Source of the DNA: an uncultured Candidatus Rokubacteria bacterium | GTDB lineage: Bacteria > Methylomirabilota > Methylomirabilia > Rokubacteriales > CSP1-6 | DNA length: 64,000 nucleotides | Direction: 5' to 3' | Assembly: GCA_963758635.1 (NCBI GenBank) | Contig: CAVWWD010000003.1 | Span: 512,001 to 576,000, forward strand | Shown here: one piece after another, positions 45,504 through 54,989 of the stretch | Layout: the number at the start of each line of letters is the position of its first letter | How positions within the stretch are numbered: the stretch's first letter is position 1 | Translations under genes and position numbers: made by a program | Notes under the pieces: generated by a model | Told to the model about the DNA's origin: nothing | Seen by the model: the letters and a program-made list of their open reading frames with translations, nothing else | Database searches by the model: none

Positions 45504-46210
45504 AGGCCCAGGACGTCATGACCGCGGATGTCGTCACGGTGCGCCCCACGACGCCGGTGGCCGAGGCCGCCCGCCTCATGGTGGATCGGCGGATCAGCGG
45601 CCTTCCCGTGGTCACGGAGGAGGGCTATCCGTCGGAGCTCGAGCGTGTCATCACCGTGCGTGACGGCGCGGTCGTGCGTCTGCGTCCGATCCGCGCCGAC
45701 GACGCGCCGAGGCTCCAGGCGCTGCACGCGAGGCTGAGCCTCCAGACGATCTACCAGCGCTTCTTCAACGTCCTGAGGCGCCTGCCCACCAACTGGGCCC
45801 GGTATCTCGCCAACGTTGACTACCGGAGCCGGCTGGCCCTCGTCGTGGAGTGGACGCGTCCGGACGGGAACGCGGAGCTGGTCGGCGTCGGACGCTACGA
45901 GCCGACCAGCGACGCGGGGCGGGTGGAGGTCGCCTTCGTCATCGACGATCGCTGGCAGGGGAGGGGGCTCGGCACCGTGCTGTTCAATGACCTGCTCGCC
46001 GCGGCGGAGGCGCGGGGGATCCGGGAGTTCTCGGCCGAGGTGCTGGCCGACAACACGCGGATGCTGGACCTCATCGCGCGCTTCGCCACCATCGTGTCGC
46101 GACGCCTCGCCGACGGCATCGTGAGCCTGGTGTTCACGCGTCGATCCGCGACGTTGGACAGCCGCCGCGCGGAGCGCGTCGCGGCCCACGCCCGGGAAGG
46201 AGGACCATGA
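45500..46210 (+). CDS. single CBS motif fused to a GNAT acetyltransferase
   Basis: MKAQDVMT..VVTV...ISGLPVV then YPSELE...LRPIRADD...YQRFF...EVAFVIDDRWQGRGLG...VLADNTRML. Confidence 0.85.
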   Translation: MKAQDVMTADVVTVRPTTPVAEAARLMVDRRISGLPVVTEEGYPSELERVITVRDGAVVRLRPIRADDAPRLQALHARLSLQTIYQRFFNVLRRLPTNWARYLANVDYRSRLALVVEWTRPDGNAELVGVGRYEPTSDAGRVEVAFVIDDRWQGRGLGTVLFNDLLAAAEARGIREFSAEVLADNTRMLDLIARFATIVSRRLADGIVSLVFTRRSATLDSRRAERVAAHAREGGP

Positions 46211-46565
46211 TGAGAGCGTTACGGACGATTCTGCTGCTGCTGGTGGTGGTGGTGCTCGGCGCGAGCTCCGCGTTCGCGCAGGGGCCGGCCCCCGGAGCGG
46301 GGCCAGGCGGCGGCGCCGCGCGCCCCGATGATGGGCCACGACCGGGCCATGCCGCACGCCGGAATGCATGGCGGCGGGATGCACCGCGCGATGATGGCAC
46401 GCGGTGACGTGCCCGATGATGCCCGAGGGCATGGCGGGCGGCGCCATGGGGCCGCCCGCGGGCCCGAAGGGGCAGGCGAGGATGCTCCGGATGCGCGGCG
46501 ACATGATGAAGGCGATGGGCGAGGTCATGCTCAAGCACGCCGAGGAGATGGAGAAGGACAGGTAG
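46207..46565 (+). CDS. exported Met/His/Gly-rich small protein (frameshifted)
   Basis: Signal peptide ...SSAFAQ, then MMGHDRAMPHAGMHGGGMH... and MLRMRGDMMKAMGEVMLKHAEEMEKDR*. Confidence 0.65.
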
Positions 46566-46663
46566 GCGCGCCGACGCGCGGCGCGTGAGCGGGCGGGCGG
46601 GTCCCCGCTCACGGCCGCGCGGCCGGGCGGGGGCGTCCCACCAGGAGGAGGGCACAGCGGGCC

Positions 46664-47116
46664 ATGGCTGCCGACGGCTACTACAGGATCGTGGTTCCCA
46701 CGGATTTCTCCGACTGCTCCCGCGCGGCCTGGACCGAGGCGCAACGGCTGGCGCGCGCGTTCGGCTCCGAGCTGATCCTGGTCCACGTCCTCGTCGAGCC
46801 GGCGCCGTTCTCGGGGGCGCCGTTCGGACTGGGGGTCGGCCGGGAGTTCTACGACGCGATCCGGCGCTGGGCCGACGGCGAGCTCCAGCGCTGGATCGAG
46901 CCCGCGAAGGCCGCCGGGCTCGCCGCCCGCGGGGAGATGCGGACGGGCGTCGCCCACCGCGAGATCGTCGATCTGGCGACGGACGAGCGGGCGGATCTCA
47001 TCGTGATCGGAACGCACGGCCGCGGGGGCGTCGACCGCGCGCTGCTCGGCAGCGTGGCCGATCGGGTGCTCCGGGTCGCCCCGTGCCCGGTGCTGGCCGT
47101 GCGCGCGCCCGCGTGA
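46664..47116 (+). CDS. universal stress protein
   Basis: IVVPTDFS...ADLIVIGTHGRGG...LGSVADRV...PCPVL. Confidence 0.95.
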   Translation: MAADGYYRIVVPTDFSDCSRAAWTEAQRLARAFGSELILVHVLVEPAPFSGAPFGLGVGREFYDAIRRWADGELQRWIEPAKAAGLAARGEMRTGVAHREIVDLATDERADLIVIGTHGRGGVDRALLGSVADRVLRVAPCPVLAVRAPA

Positions 47117-47177
47117 GGCGTCGCGGGCAGGGACACGCGGCCGGCTGTCCGGGCGCGGGTCCCTGCCCGTGCGCTCC

Positions 47178-48005
47178 TCAGTGGGACAGGAGGACCGGGA
47201 CGGTCATGGACCGCAGCAGGTTCCGGGTCGCCCCGCCCAGGATCATCTCGCGTAGCCGGGTGTGGCCGTACGCCCCCATGACGATGAGGTCGTTGCCGTG
47301 GTCCGCGGCGTACGAGAGCAGCAGCTCGCCCACCGCCACGTCGCTGCCCTTCAGCACGGTGGTCTGCACGGGCGCGCCGTGCCGGCTGAGGTGGAGCGCG
47401 ATGTCGCCGCCGGGCAGGCGCGGCTCGCCGGTCTCCTCGGGATCGATCGAGAGCACGGTGACCAGCTTGGCCGCCTGGAGGATCGGCAGCGCATCGTGCA
47501 CGGCCCGGGTGGCCTCGCGGCTGCCGTTCCACGCGACGAGCACGTTGTCGCCGGCCGTCGGGAACGTGCCATAGCGCGGCACGATCAGGACGGGGCGGCC
47601 CACCGCGAGGGCGAGGTGCGCGGGCAGCGCCTCGAGGGCGCCCGAGGCCTGGCCGATGTCGATCCCCTGGCCGGCGATGATGAGGTCGGCGTAGCGTGCA
47701 TGGACGGTCGCCACGTCGAGCACGTGGCCCTCGGCCATGCGCCACTCGGTGCGCGCGGTGGTCCCCCGCATCCGCTCGCGGAAGAGCGCTTCGGCGCGCC
47801 GGGCTCCCGCCTCGAGCTCGCGGCGCTGCTCCACCTCCAGGGCCAGCGGCGCCGTCATGTCGGCGTAGACGATGAACGGATGCGGCATGACGTGAAGGCC
47901 GGTGAGATGCGCGTCGTGCGTCTCGGCCAGCCGGCGGGCGATGTCGAGTCGGGACGCGCAGGCCGGATCGTTGTCGACGATGACGAGCAGGTCCTTGAGC
48001 GCCAT
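47178..48005 (-). CDS. tandem-domain universal stress protein
   Basis: LKDLLVIVD, GRPVLIVP, VLVAWNGSREA, DLIVMGAYGH..LREMILGG. Confidence 0.93.
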   Translation of the reverse strand: MALKDLLVIVDNDPACASRLDIARRLAETHDAHLTGLHVMPHPFIVYADMTAPLALEVEQRRELEAGARRAEALFRERMRGTTARTEWRMAEGHVLDVATVHARYADLIIAGQGIDIGQASGALEALPAHLALAVGRPVLIVPRYGTFPTAGDNVLVAWNGSREATRAVHDALPILQAAKLVTVLSIDPEETGEPRLPGGDIALHLSRHGAPVQTTVLKGSDVAVGELLLSYAADHGNDLIVMGAYGHTRLREMILGGATRNLLRSMTVPVLLSH

Positions 48006-48112
48006 TGGTCTCTCCCTTGGCCGGCGTCCCGGCCGGACGTGGTGGCTGCGTGCTCCGCCGCCCGAGCCGCCGCCTTCAGCGGCTCTTGGGCGCCCTCCTC
48101 GAGATCAGCATT

Positions 48113-48128
48113 GGCAAGCCGTGGGCCA
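48113..48128 (-). promoter_or_regulatory. putative sigma54 promoter (USP 48005)
   Basis: Minus strand TGGCCCACGGCTTGCC. Confidence 0.6.
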
Positions 48129-48298
48129 CCGGCTGTCCCGCCAGGGATTCAGCAACTTGTGAAACGCTGGGCGGAGGAGGTGGGGAGGCGCTGTCACGGC
48201 CGCACGCCGGGGTGAGGCGGACTCGCCCCACCCGGCCGTCCACCACGCATGGCGAAACCGTCGATTCGGCGGCGGATCCTTCTTGGCGCCCGCGTTGC

Positions 48299-49483
48299 TC
48301 AGCAGGCGCCGTGCGCCCGGCCGACGCGCCGGAACGCGGACACGCACTCCTCCAGGTGAGCCTGGGTGTGCGCGGCGCTCACCTGCACGCGGATGCGGGC
48401 CGTCCCGCGCGGCACCACCGGAAACGCGAAGCCCACGACGTAGATTCCCTCGCGGAGGAGGTCGGCGGCCATCGCCACGGCCCGCCGCTCGTCGCCCAGC
48501 ATGACGGGCACGATGGGGTGCTCGCCGGAGCGGATCGCGAAGCCCGCCTCGGTCATGGCGGCGCGGAACCAGCGCGTGTTCGCGGCGAGGCGCTCGCGGC
48601 GCTCGCCGCTCTCCGAGAGCAGGGCGAGGCAGGCGAGCGCGGCGGCGACCAGGGCGGGGGGCAGGGTGTTCGAGAAGAGATACGGGCGCGAGCGCTGCCG
48701 CAGCATCCCCACGATCTCGCGGCGGGCGCTGGTGAAGCCGCCGCTGGCGCCGCCGAGCGCCTTGCCGAGCGTGGAGGTCACGATGTCGACGCGGTCCGCC
48801 ACGCCGCAGTGCTCGGGCGTGCCGCGCCCGGTGGGTCCGAAGAAGCCGGTGGCGTGGCTGTCGTCAACCATCACGAGCGCGTCGTGGCGCTCGGCGAGGT
48901 CGCAGATCTCGCGGAGCGGCGCCACGTCACCATCCATGGAGAAGACGCCGTCGGTGGCGATGAGCCGGGTCCGCGCGCCGCGCGCGTCGTCGAGCGCGCG
49001 GGCGAGCGCGGCGATGTCCCCGTGCTCGTACCGGAGCCGTCGCGCGCGGCAGAGCCGGATCCCGTCGATGATCGACGCGTGGTTGAGGGCGTCGGAGATG
49101 ACGGCGTCCTCCTCGCCCAGGACGGTCTCGAAGAGCCCGCCGTTGGCGTCGAAGCAGGAGGTGTAGAGGATCGTGTCCTCGGCGCCCAGGAACCGGCTGA
49201 TCGCCGTCTCCAGCTCCCGGTGGATCGTCTGGGTGCCGCAGATGAACCGGACGCTGGACAGGCCGAAGCCCCAGCGCGCGAGGCCGGCCTGCGCGGCGGC
49301 GACGAGCCGGGGATCGTCGGCCAGGCCCAGGTAGTTGTTCGCGCAGAAGTTGAGCACGGACCGCCCCGCCACCGTCACGGTGGCGCCCTGCGGGCTCTCG
49401 ATGAGCCGCTCCTCCTTGTAGAGGCCGCCCGCGCGCAGGGCGTCGAGCTCGGCGCCGAGGCGCTCCTTCACCGCTCCGTACAT
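48299..49483 (-). CDS. kbl: glycine C-acetyltransferase (2-amino-3-ketobutyrate CoA ligase)
   Basis: [53 protein letters not shown]. Confidence 0.95.
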   Translation of the reverse strand: MYGAVKERLGAELDALRAGGLYKEERLIESPQGATVTVAGRSVLNFCANNYLGLADDPRLVAAAQAGLARWGFGLSSVRFICGTQTIHRELETAISRFLGAEDTILYTSCFDANGGLFETVLGEEDAVISDALNHASIIDGIRLCRARRLRYEHGDIAALARALDDARGARTRLIATDGVFSMDGDVAPLREICDLAERHDALVMVDDSHATGFFGPTGRGTPEHCGVADRVDIVTSTLGKALGGASGGFTSARREIVGMLRQRSRPYLFSNTLPPALVAAALACLALLSESGERRERLAANTRWFRAAMTEAGFAIRSGEHPIVPVMLGDERRAVAMAADLLREGIYVVGFAFPVVPRGTARIRVQVSAAHTQAHLEECVSAFRRVGRAHGAC

Positions 49484-49496
49484 GGCCGTCGCCTCC

Positions 49497-50519
49497 TCAT
49501 GAGCCGCCGTAGCGGCGCCGGATCGCCGGGATCAGGTAGTCGTTCAGCGCGCCGTCGAAGTCGTGACGGGGCGCGAAGCCCCAGTCGCGCCGCGCGCGCG
49601 CGTCGTCCAGCTCCTCCGGCCACGAGTCCACGATGGCCTGGCGCCGCGCGTCGGGCTCGAACGTGATGCGCGCGGCCGGAAACGCTGTCCGCACCCGGGC
49701 CGCCCACTCGCCGGCCGTCGCCGCGAACGCCCTCACGTTGTACACGCTCGACGTGAGTCCGCCGGCCGGCGGCTCGAGGAGCGCCACGAGCGCGCGGCTC
49801 GCGTCCGGCATGGCCATGAACGGGATGCGCGTGTCCTCGCGCACGAAGCAGGCGTACGGTCGGCCCTGCGCCGCGGCGTGGAGCATCTCCGGCGCGTAGT
49901 CGCTGGTGCCCCCGGACGGCACCGTCTCCGCGGAGACCAGGCCCGGAAAGCGGATGGCGCGGAAGTCCACGCCCGGGCGCTCCCCGGGGGCGAGCTGCCG
50001 GTAGTGCCGCCCGAAGTAGCGGCCGAGGTGCTCGGCGTGGAGCTTGGTGCAGCCGTACATCGTGACGGGCACGGTCCACCGGTGCTCGTCCACGGGGCCG
50101 GACGTCCGCTTCGTGTCGAGATCGGGCATCCCGTACACGGCGATCGAGCTGGGGAGCAGGAACCGGATCGGATGCCCGTGGGCGCGGGCCTCCTCGAGCG
50201 CGAGCCCGAGGAGGTTCAGCGTGCCCTGCACGTTCACGTCGTGGGCCGTCTCCGGGATGAACTCGGCGCGCGTGGAGAGGATGGCGGCGAGATGGAAGAT
50301 GGCCGCGATCTCGAACTCGGCGCGGAGCCGGTCGAGGAGATGGCGATCCAGGATGTCACCGACCACGGCGTGCGCGCACCGGGCGGCGACGGAGGGATCG
50401 ATCGGACGCGTGTCGAGGGCGACCACGTCGTGATCCTCGCGCGCGGTGAGGTGCCGCACGAGATCGTGGCCCATCTCTCCCGCCGCTCCGGTCACCAGGA
50501 CGATCGGCCTGCGCGCCAT
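49497..50519 (-). CDS. tdh: SDR/epimerase-type L-threonine 3-dehydrogenase
   Basis: [47 protein letters not shown]; directly upstream of kbl. Confidence 0.82.
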   Translation of the reverse strand: MARRPIVLVTGAAGEMGHDLVRHLTAREDHDVVALDTRPIDPSVAARCAHAVVGDILDRHLLDRLRAEFEIAAIFHLAAILSTRAEFIPETAHDVNVQGTLNLLGLALEEARAHGHPIRFLLPSSIAVYGMPDLDTKRTSGPVDEHRWTVPVTMYGCTKLHAEHLGRYFGRHYRQLAPGERPGVDFRAIRFPGLVSAETVPSGGTSDYAPEMLHAAAQGRPYACFVREDTRIPFMAMPDASRALVALLEPPAGGLTSSVYNVRAFAATAGEWAARVRTAFPAARITFEPDARRQAIVDSWPEELDDARARRDWGFAPRHDFDGALNDYLIPAIRRRYGGS

Positions 50520-50816
50520 CGACGGCTCCCGCCGCCCGCGAAGGCGGCCAGCACGTTGAAGATTCGGATGGGCGTGACGCCGCGGATGCGCGGCGACCGC
50601 GCGATCCCTGCGGCGATGCTCCATACAAACGGGCATTCGACCCGATGTCTCTCGTGGAGTCTAGCGTTGGTCTGGCCGCGCTGGCTCATGCGATTCGTCG
50701 GCCGCGTGACGGTCGAGGGTGTGAACCGCTCGAGCGCCGTCTCCCTCGGGTCATGACGACCCATCCACCCACGCGCCCGCGAGGCCAGACCCTCGCGCCA
50801 CACGTCCCCGGAAGGC

Positions 50817-50832
50817 TGGCACCGGGGATGCA
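50817..50832 (+). promoter_or_regulatory. putative sigma54 promoter (repeat protein)
   Basis: TGGCACCGGGGATGCA. Confidence 0.65.
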
Positions 50833-50967
50833 AAAGCCAGGAAGCAGTAGATAATCGTCGTGAATGTCCGCGGTCGCGAGGCCAGGTGCCGCGCGAGGGC
50901 CGTGGAGGCTCCTGGCTCCTGCGGTCGCGACGGTCCCAAAACAGGCGGACACGAGGAGGAAGCGAGA

Positions 50968-51741
50968 ATGAGATCAGCGATGACAATGGCCTTGGCGGTC
51001 GCGATCGCAGTGTCACCTGCGGTGAGCGCAGCTCAGACGACGTGCCCGGAGCTGGAGGCGGCCAAGGCAGCGTACGCGGGCAAGCTATCGGCCAGCAACC
51101 TGAAGGACTCCGACGTCAAGACGCCTCGGAGCTTGGCCGGCGCCAGGAAGCAGACCGAGGCTGCGCGCCAGAGCCAGCAGGAGGCGCCACGGCAGAGCCA
51201 GCAGGAAGCCCCGCGCCAGAGTGGGCAGGAAGCGCCCCGGCAGAGCCAGCAGGAGGCGCCACGGCAGAGCCAGCAGGAAGCCGCCCCGCCAGAGCCAGCA
51301 GGAAGCGCCCCGCCAGAGCAGCAGGAAGCCCCCCGCCAGAGCGTGCAGCAGGCGCCACGGCAGAGCCAGCAGGAAGCCCCGCGCCAGAGCCAGCAGGAAG
51401 CCCCGCGCCAGAGCGCGGCAGGAAGCGCCCCCGCCAGAGCGTCCAGCAGGCGCCACGGCAGAGCCAGCAGGAGGCCCCGCGCCAGAGCGGGCAGGAAGCG
51501 CCCCGCGCCAGAGCAGCAGGAAGCCCCCCGCCAGAGCGTGCAGCAGGCGCCACGGCAGAGCCAGCAGGAGGCCCCGCGCCAGAGCGTCCAGGAGGCGCCG
51601 CGGCAGAGCCAGCAGGAAGCGCCCCACTCCACGCTGAGCAGGGCGAAGGGGCTCATCGCCGAGGCTGAGGCCGCTTGCAAGGCCGGCAAGACGACGGAGG
51701 CGGCCAGCAAGGCGAACGCAGCCCTCGGCTTGCTGAAGTAG
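50968..51741 (+). CDS. secreted protein with about 19 EAPRQSQQ-type octapeptide repeats between two Cys-containing helices
   Basis: RBS GAGGAGG; signal peptide ...AVSAAQ; TTCPELEAAK; repeats; EAEAACKAG...LLK*. Indels inside the array shift frame transiently. Confidence 0.8.
   Translation: MRSAMTMALAVAIAVSPAVSAAQTTCPELEAAKAAYAGKLSASNLKDSDVKTPRSLAGARKQTEAARQSQQEAPRQSQQEAPRQSGQEAPRQSQQEAPRQSQQEAAPPEPAGSAPPEQQEAPRQSVQQAPRQSQQEAPRQSQQEAPRQSAAGSAPARASSRRHGRASRRPRARAGRKRPAPEQQEAPRQSVQQAPRQSQQEAPRQSVQEAPRQSQQEAPHSTLSRAKGLIAEAEAACKAGKTTEAASKANAALGLLK
51157..51627 (+). repeat. 24-bp tandem repeat array, about 19 units
   Basis: Unit consensus gaagccccgcgccagagccagcag, with synonymous variation between units. 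Confidence 0.95.
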
Positions 51742-51905
51742 CCGGGATCTTCACGCGCGCGAGCGGGGCAGCACGTTCCGGCGCCCCGCTCGCGCCGCCG
51801 GACGGCCTCACAGCGTGGGGCGCCGGCGCCCCGCCCGCGGCGATCCGGTCCCACGGCAATCGCGCACACCTGCCGGGAACTGCCTGATCGTGAAGGAGTA
51901 CTCGG

Positions 51906-51921
51906 CGGCACTCCGGTTGCA
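51906..51921 (+). promoter_or_regulatory. putative sigma54 promoter (CBS-ACT/USP)
   Basis: CGGCACTCCGGTTGCA. Confidence 0.6.
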
Positions 51922-52032
51922 CACCTCACCCGATGGGAAGCTGCTCCGGGCGGCTGCGCGTGCGCCATCGCGAGATGGCCCGCGAGGCTTGGGCCGTCGG
52001 CCGGCCTGAGGGTCCCTGAAGGAGGGGCACCG

Positions 52033-52717
52033 ATGCTGATCCAGGACGTGATGCGATCGGACGTGGCGGTGGTGCCGCCGTCGACGCGGCTGGCGGACAT
52101 CCTGGCCATCCTGCAGCGGCGCGGGGTTCGCCACGTGCCCGTCGTGAACGACGGCGTGGTGGTCGGGATCGTGTCCGACCGCGACCTCAAGGCCGCCCTG
52201 CTGTCGGCGGCCATCGCCCGGCCCCACGACACGCAGGGGGCGCCCTACCGTCGGCTCACGGCCTCGGACGTCATGACGAGCCCGGTGATCGCGATCGCGC
52301 CGATGTGCCCGGTCGAGGAGGCGGCCCAGCTCATGGTCACCAAGCGCATCAGCGCGCTGCCCGTCACCGCCGGCGGCCGGCTCGTGGGCATCGTCACGGA
52401 AACCGACGTGCTCGACATGCTGGTCCGCGCCATGGGCGCGGCGGAGCCGTCCAGCCGGCTGGACGTTGTTCTCACGGGGGGGGACGACCTCACCGACGTG
52501 GTGACGACGGTGGAAGCGCACGGGTGCCGGATCTCGAGCCTGATGACGCTGGCCGACGCCGCAGGGCGTCGAGGGCTCGCGATCCGCGTGGCGACCATCG
52601 ATCCCGGAGCGGCCATCCGGGCGCTCGAGGCGAAGGGCTACGCGCGTGCGCGACTCGTGGCGCGGCCGACCGATCAGCGCAGATCGGAGCGATGGCGGCA
52701 ACGGCGTGCCTCGGTGA
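52033..52717 (+). CDS. AcuB-like CBS-CBS-ACT protein (frameshift near 3' end)
   Basis: RHVPVV..GIVSDRDL, ISALPV..LVGIVTETD, MGAAEPSSRLDV, ACT-like tail. The +1 frame after GYA gives VRDSWRG...* at 52717. Confidence 0.82.
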
Positions 52718-52783
52718 AACGAGCGAGGGCGCGCAGTGAACACGATCCCGGTGAAGACCGAGTAGGGGGAAAGGAGCTTGCTC

Positions 52784-53227
52784 ATGAAGCTGCGCCGTGT
52801 CCTGCATCCGTCGGATTTCTCCCGCGCCTCCGCCGCCGCGTTCACGCGCGCCGTGGCGCTCGCGAAGGCGAGCCGCGCCGAGCTGGTGCTGGCCCACGTG
52901 ATGAGCTTGCCGGTGCCGATGGCCGGCGACGGCTACATCCCCCCCAGGGTCTGGGAGGAGATGGAGGCCTCGAGCCGCGCGTATGCGCAGAAGCAGATCG
53001 ACGCTCTGGTCGCGAAGGCGAGGAAGGCGGGCGTGCGGGTCAAGACGCTGCTCCTCACGGGCGTGCCCCACGAGCGCATCGTGAAAGCGGCGCGATCGCA
53101 GCGGGCCGACCTGGTCGTGATGGGGACGCACGGCCGCACCGGTCTGCAGCGCTTCTTCCTGGGAAGCGTGGCCGAGCGCGTCGTGGCGTCGGCCGGCTGT
53201 CCCGTGATGACGGTGCGGGGCAAGTAG
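52784..53227 (+). CDS. universal stress protein
   Basis: RVLHPSDFS, ADLVVMGTHGRTG, LGSVAERVV. Confidence 0.95.
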   Translation: MKLRRVLHPSDFSRASAAAFTRAVALAKASRAELVLAHVMSLPVPMAGDGYIPPRVWEEMEASSRAYAQKQIDALVAKARKAGVRVKTLLLTGVPHERIVKAARSQRADLVVMGTHGRTGLQRFFLGSVAERVVASAGCPVMTVRGK

Positions 53228-53273
53228 CGCCCCCATGGCTGACGGCTGGCGCGTGCCCGTTCTTGCGCCGGCG

Positions 53274-53690
53274 TCAGCCCTGAGCGTTCCGGAACGCGCG
53301 CAGTACGTCCACGTAGCTCACGATGCCGACCACGCGTCGCGAGTGCCTCTCCACCACCGGCACCGCGCCCACGCGGCTCTCCAGCATGAGGTCGACCAGC
53401 TCGTCGAGGCCATCCTCGGGACCGACCGTGATCACCTCCGGCGTCATCACCTTCACGACCGGCCGGGCGAGATGCGCTCGCAGGCCCTCGACGCCCTCGT
53501 CGCCGATGAGGCGCCCCAGGTCCAGCGAGCCGAGGTCACGGTCGCTCACGATGCCGACGAGGGCGCCCTCGCGATCCACGATCGGCACGTGCCGGATGTC
53601 GCGCTCGTGCATGAGCTCGGCGGCGTCGGCGACCGTCGCGTGCTCGGTCAACGTCATCGGATCTTTCGTCATCAGGTCTCTGGCGATCAT
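53274..53690 (-). CDS. CBS-domain pair protein
   Basis: RDLMTKDP, IRHVPIVD, GAVPVV, VGIVSYVD. Confidence 0.92.
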   Translation of the reverse strand: MIARDLMTKDPMTLTEHATVADAAELMHERDIRHVPIVDREGALVGIVSDRDLGSLDLGRLIGDEGVEGLRAHLARPVVKVMTPEVITVGPEDGLDELVDLMLESRVGAVPVVERHSRRVVGIVSYVDVLRAFRNAQG

Positions 53691-53712
53691 CGGCGTTCCC
53701 TCCCGAGGCCGG

Positions 53713-54288
53713 TCATGCCGGCTGTCCGCGCCGGCCTGCCCGCTCGACCGAGCGCTTCGCGGCCACCGCCTCGCCGCGGATCCGGTCGCGGCACGCCGCG
53801 CAGATCAGGTCATCGGACGGCGTCGCGCACGTGATGCAGTAGGGCAGCGGAGCGTCGGCGACCGCGCCGGTCGCGGGCGCCCCCGCCGGCTCCTCCCCGG
53901 GACGGGCGAGGGGCACGGCGAGGACGGGGCAGGGCGCCAGCCGGAGCACGGCCTCGGCCACGCTGCCCAGGAGCACGCGGCTCATTCCGGTGCGCCCGTG
54001 CGTGCCGATCACGATCAGGTCGATGGCGTTGGCGCGGGCGTACCGGACGATGGCGGTCGCGGCGGATCCGCCGAGCACCGCGGTCCTGACGGCCAGGCCG
54101 CTCTCGGCCAGCGACTGCGCCTCGACCTGCAGGCGCGCGGTCGTCACGGCAGGATCCGTGAGGCGCGGCACCACGTGGACCACGTGGAGGCACGCGCCCG
54201 TCTCCCCGGCAAGGCGCGCGGCATGGACGCGGGCGCCGTCCCCCGCCTCGGAGAAATCCGTCGCGAAGAGCACGTTCGCAATCTTCAT
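53713..54288 (-). CDS. universal stress protein with C-terminal CxxC-CxxC zinc-ribbon-like tail
   Basis: VLFATDFS...GTHGRTG...GSVAE, then CITCATPSDDLICAAC. Confidence 0.88.
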   Translation of the reverse strand: MKIANVLFATDFSEAGDGARVHAARLAGETGACLHVVHVVPRLTDPAVTTARLQVEAQSLAESGLAVRTAVLGGSAATAIVRYARANAIDLIVIGTHGRTGMSRVLLGSVAEAVLRLAPCPVLAVPLARPGEEPAGAPATGAVADAPLPYCITCATPSDDLICAACRDRIRGEAVAAKRSVERAGRRGQPA

Positions 54289-54315
54289 GGGCAACCCTCC
54301 CAGGGGACTGCCAAC

Positions 54316-54331
54316 CGCAAGGGGGATGCCA
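54316..54331 (-). promoter_or_regulatory. putative sigma54 promoter (USP-Zn/CBS)
   Basis: Minus strand TGGCATCCCCCTTGCG. Confidence 0.65.
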
Positions 54332-54508
54332 GGAGGGCGGTCACGTCGAACCGATTGATTTCCCGGGGCGTCGGGCGGGACGCGCGGGGCCCGGTGTGAG
54401 GCCGGGCTGACCCGGCGGGGCGCGGCGGCCACACGCCGCCGGCCTCGGCGCGGGGCTCACGGTCGCGCGTCGCGACAGGTCGGGTCGGTTGTGATACGGT
54501 CGCCGACG

Positions 54509-54961
54509 ATGAGGCCGGCCACCCTCGCTTTGCTCGTCGCGTGCCTGATCGGCCTCCCCGCCGGCGTCGGCGCCTTCACCTTCGTCTACGCGAAGGGCTT
54601 CTCGTACCTGTCCACCGACCCGCGCGCCTGCGTGAACTGCCACGTCATGAACGAGCAGTACGACGGCTGGCTGAAGAGCGGCCATCGCCACGTGGCCGGG
54701 TGCGTGGCCTGCCACCTGCCCGACGCCGGGATCGCCAAGTGGGTGACGAAGGCCCAGCACGGGTTCCGGCACTCGGTGGCGTTCACGCTCCAGAACTTCA
54801 AGGAGCCGATCGAGATCACGCCCGCGGATCGCGACATCGTGCGGGTCAACTGCGTGCGGTGCCACGAGCCGCTGGTGCACGCCGTGGCCGCCGACGCGCG
54901 GCGGCGCGAGCTCGACTGCCTGCACTGCCATGCCACCGCCGGCCACGGGGCGGGCGGATGA
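54509..54961 (+). CDS. nrfH: cytochrome c nitrite reductase small subunit
   Basis: TM helix, [31 protein letters not shown]. Confidence 0.95.
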   Translation: MRPATLALLVACLIGLPAGVGAFTFVYAKGFSYLSTDPRACVNCHVMNEQYDGWLKSGHRHVAGCVACHLPDAGIAKWVTKAQHGFRHSVAFTLQNFKEPIEITPADRDIVRVNCVRCHEPLVHAVAADARRRELDCLHCHATAGHGAGG

Positions 54962-54989
54962 GCCGGGCCGGCGCCGGAGGAGGATCGCC

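Noticed and set aside
51157..51627. CRISPR-like array
   Set aside because: Contiguous 24-bp units with no unique spacers, coding periodicity, and no cas genes.
52033..53283. 416 aa CBS protein overlapping a USP
   Set aside because: Run-on from a frameshift near 52645; the USP at 52784 has its own RBS.
54354..54368. FNR box upstream of nrfH
   Set aside because: Only a TTGAT half-site; the ATCAA half is missing.
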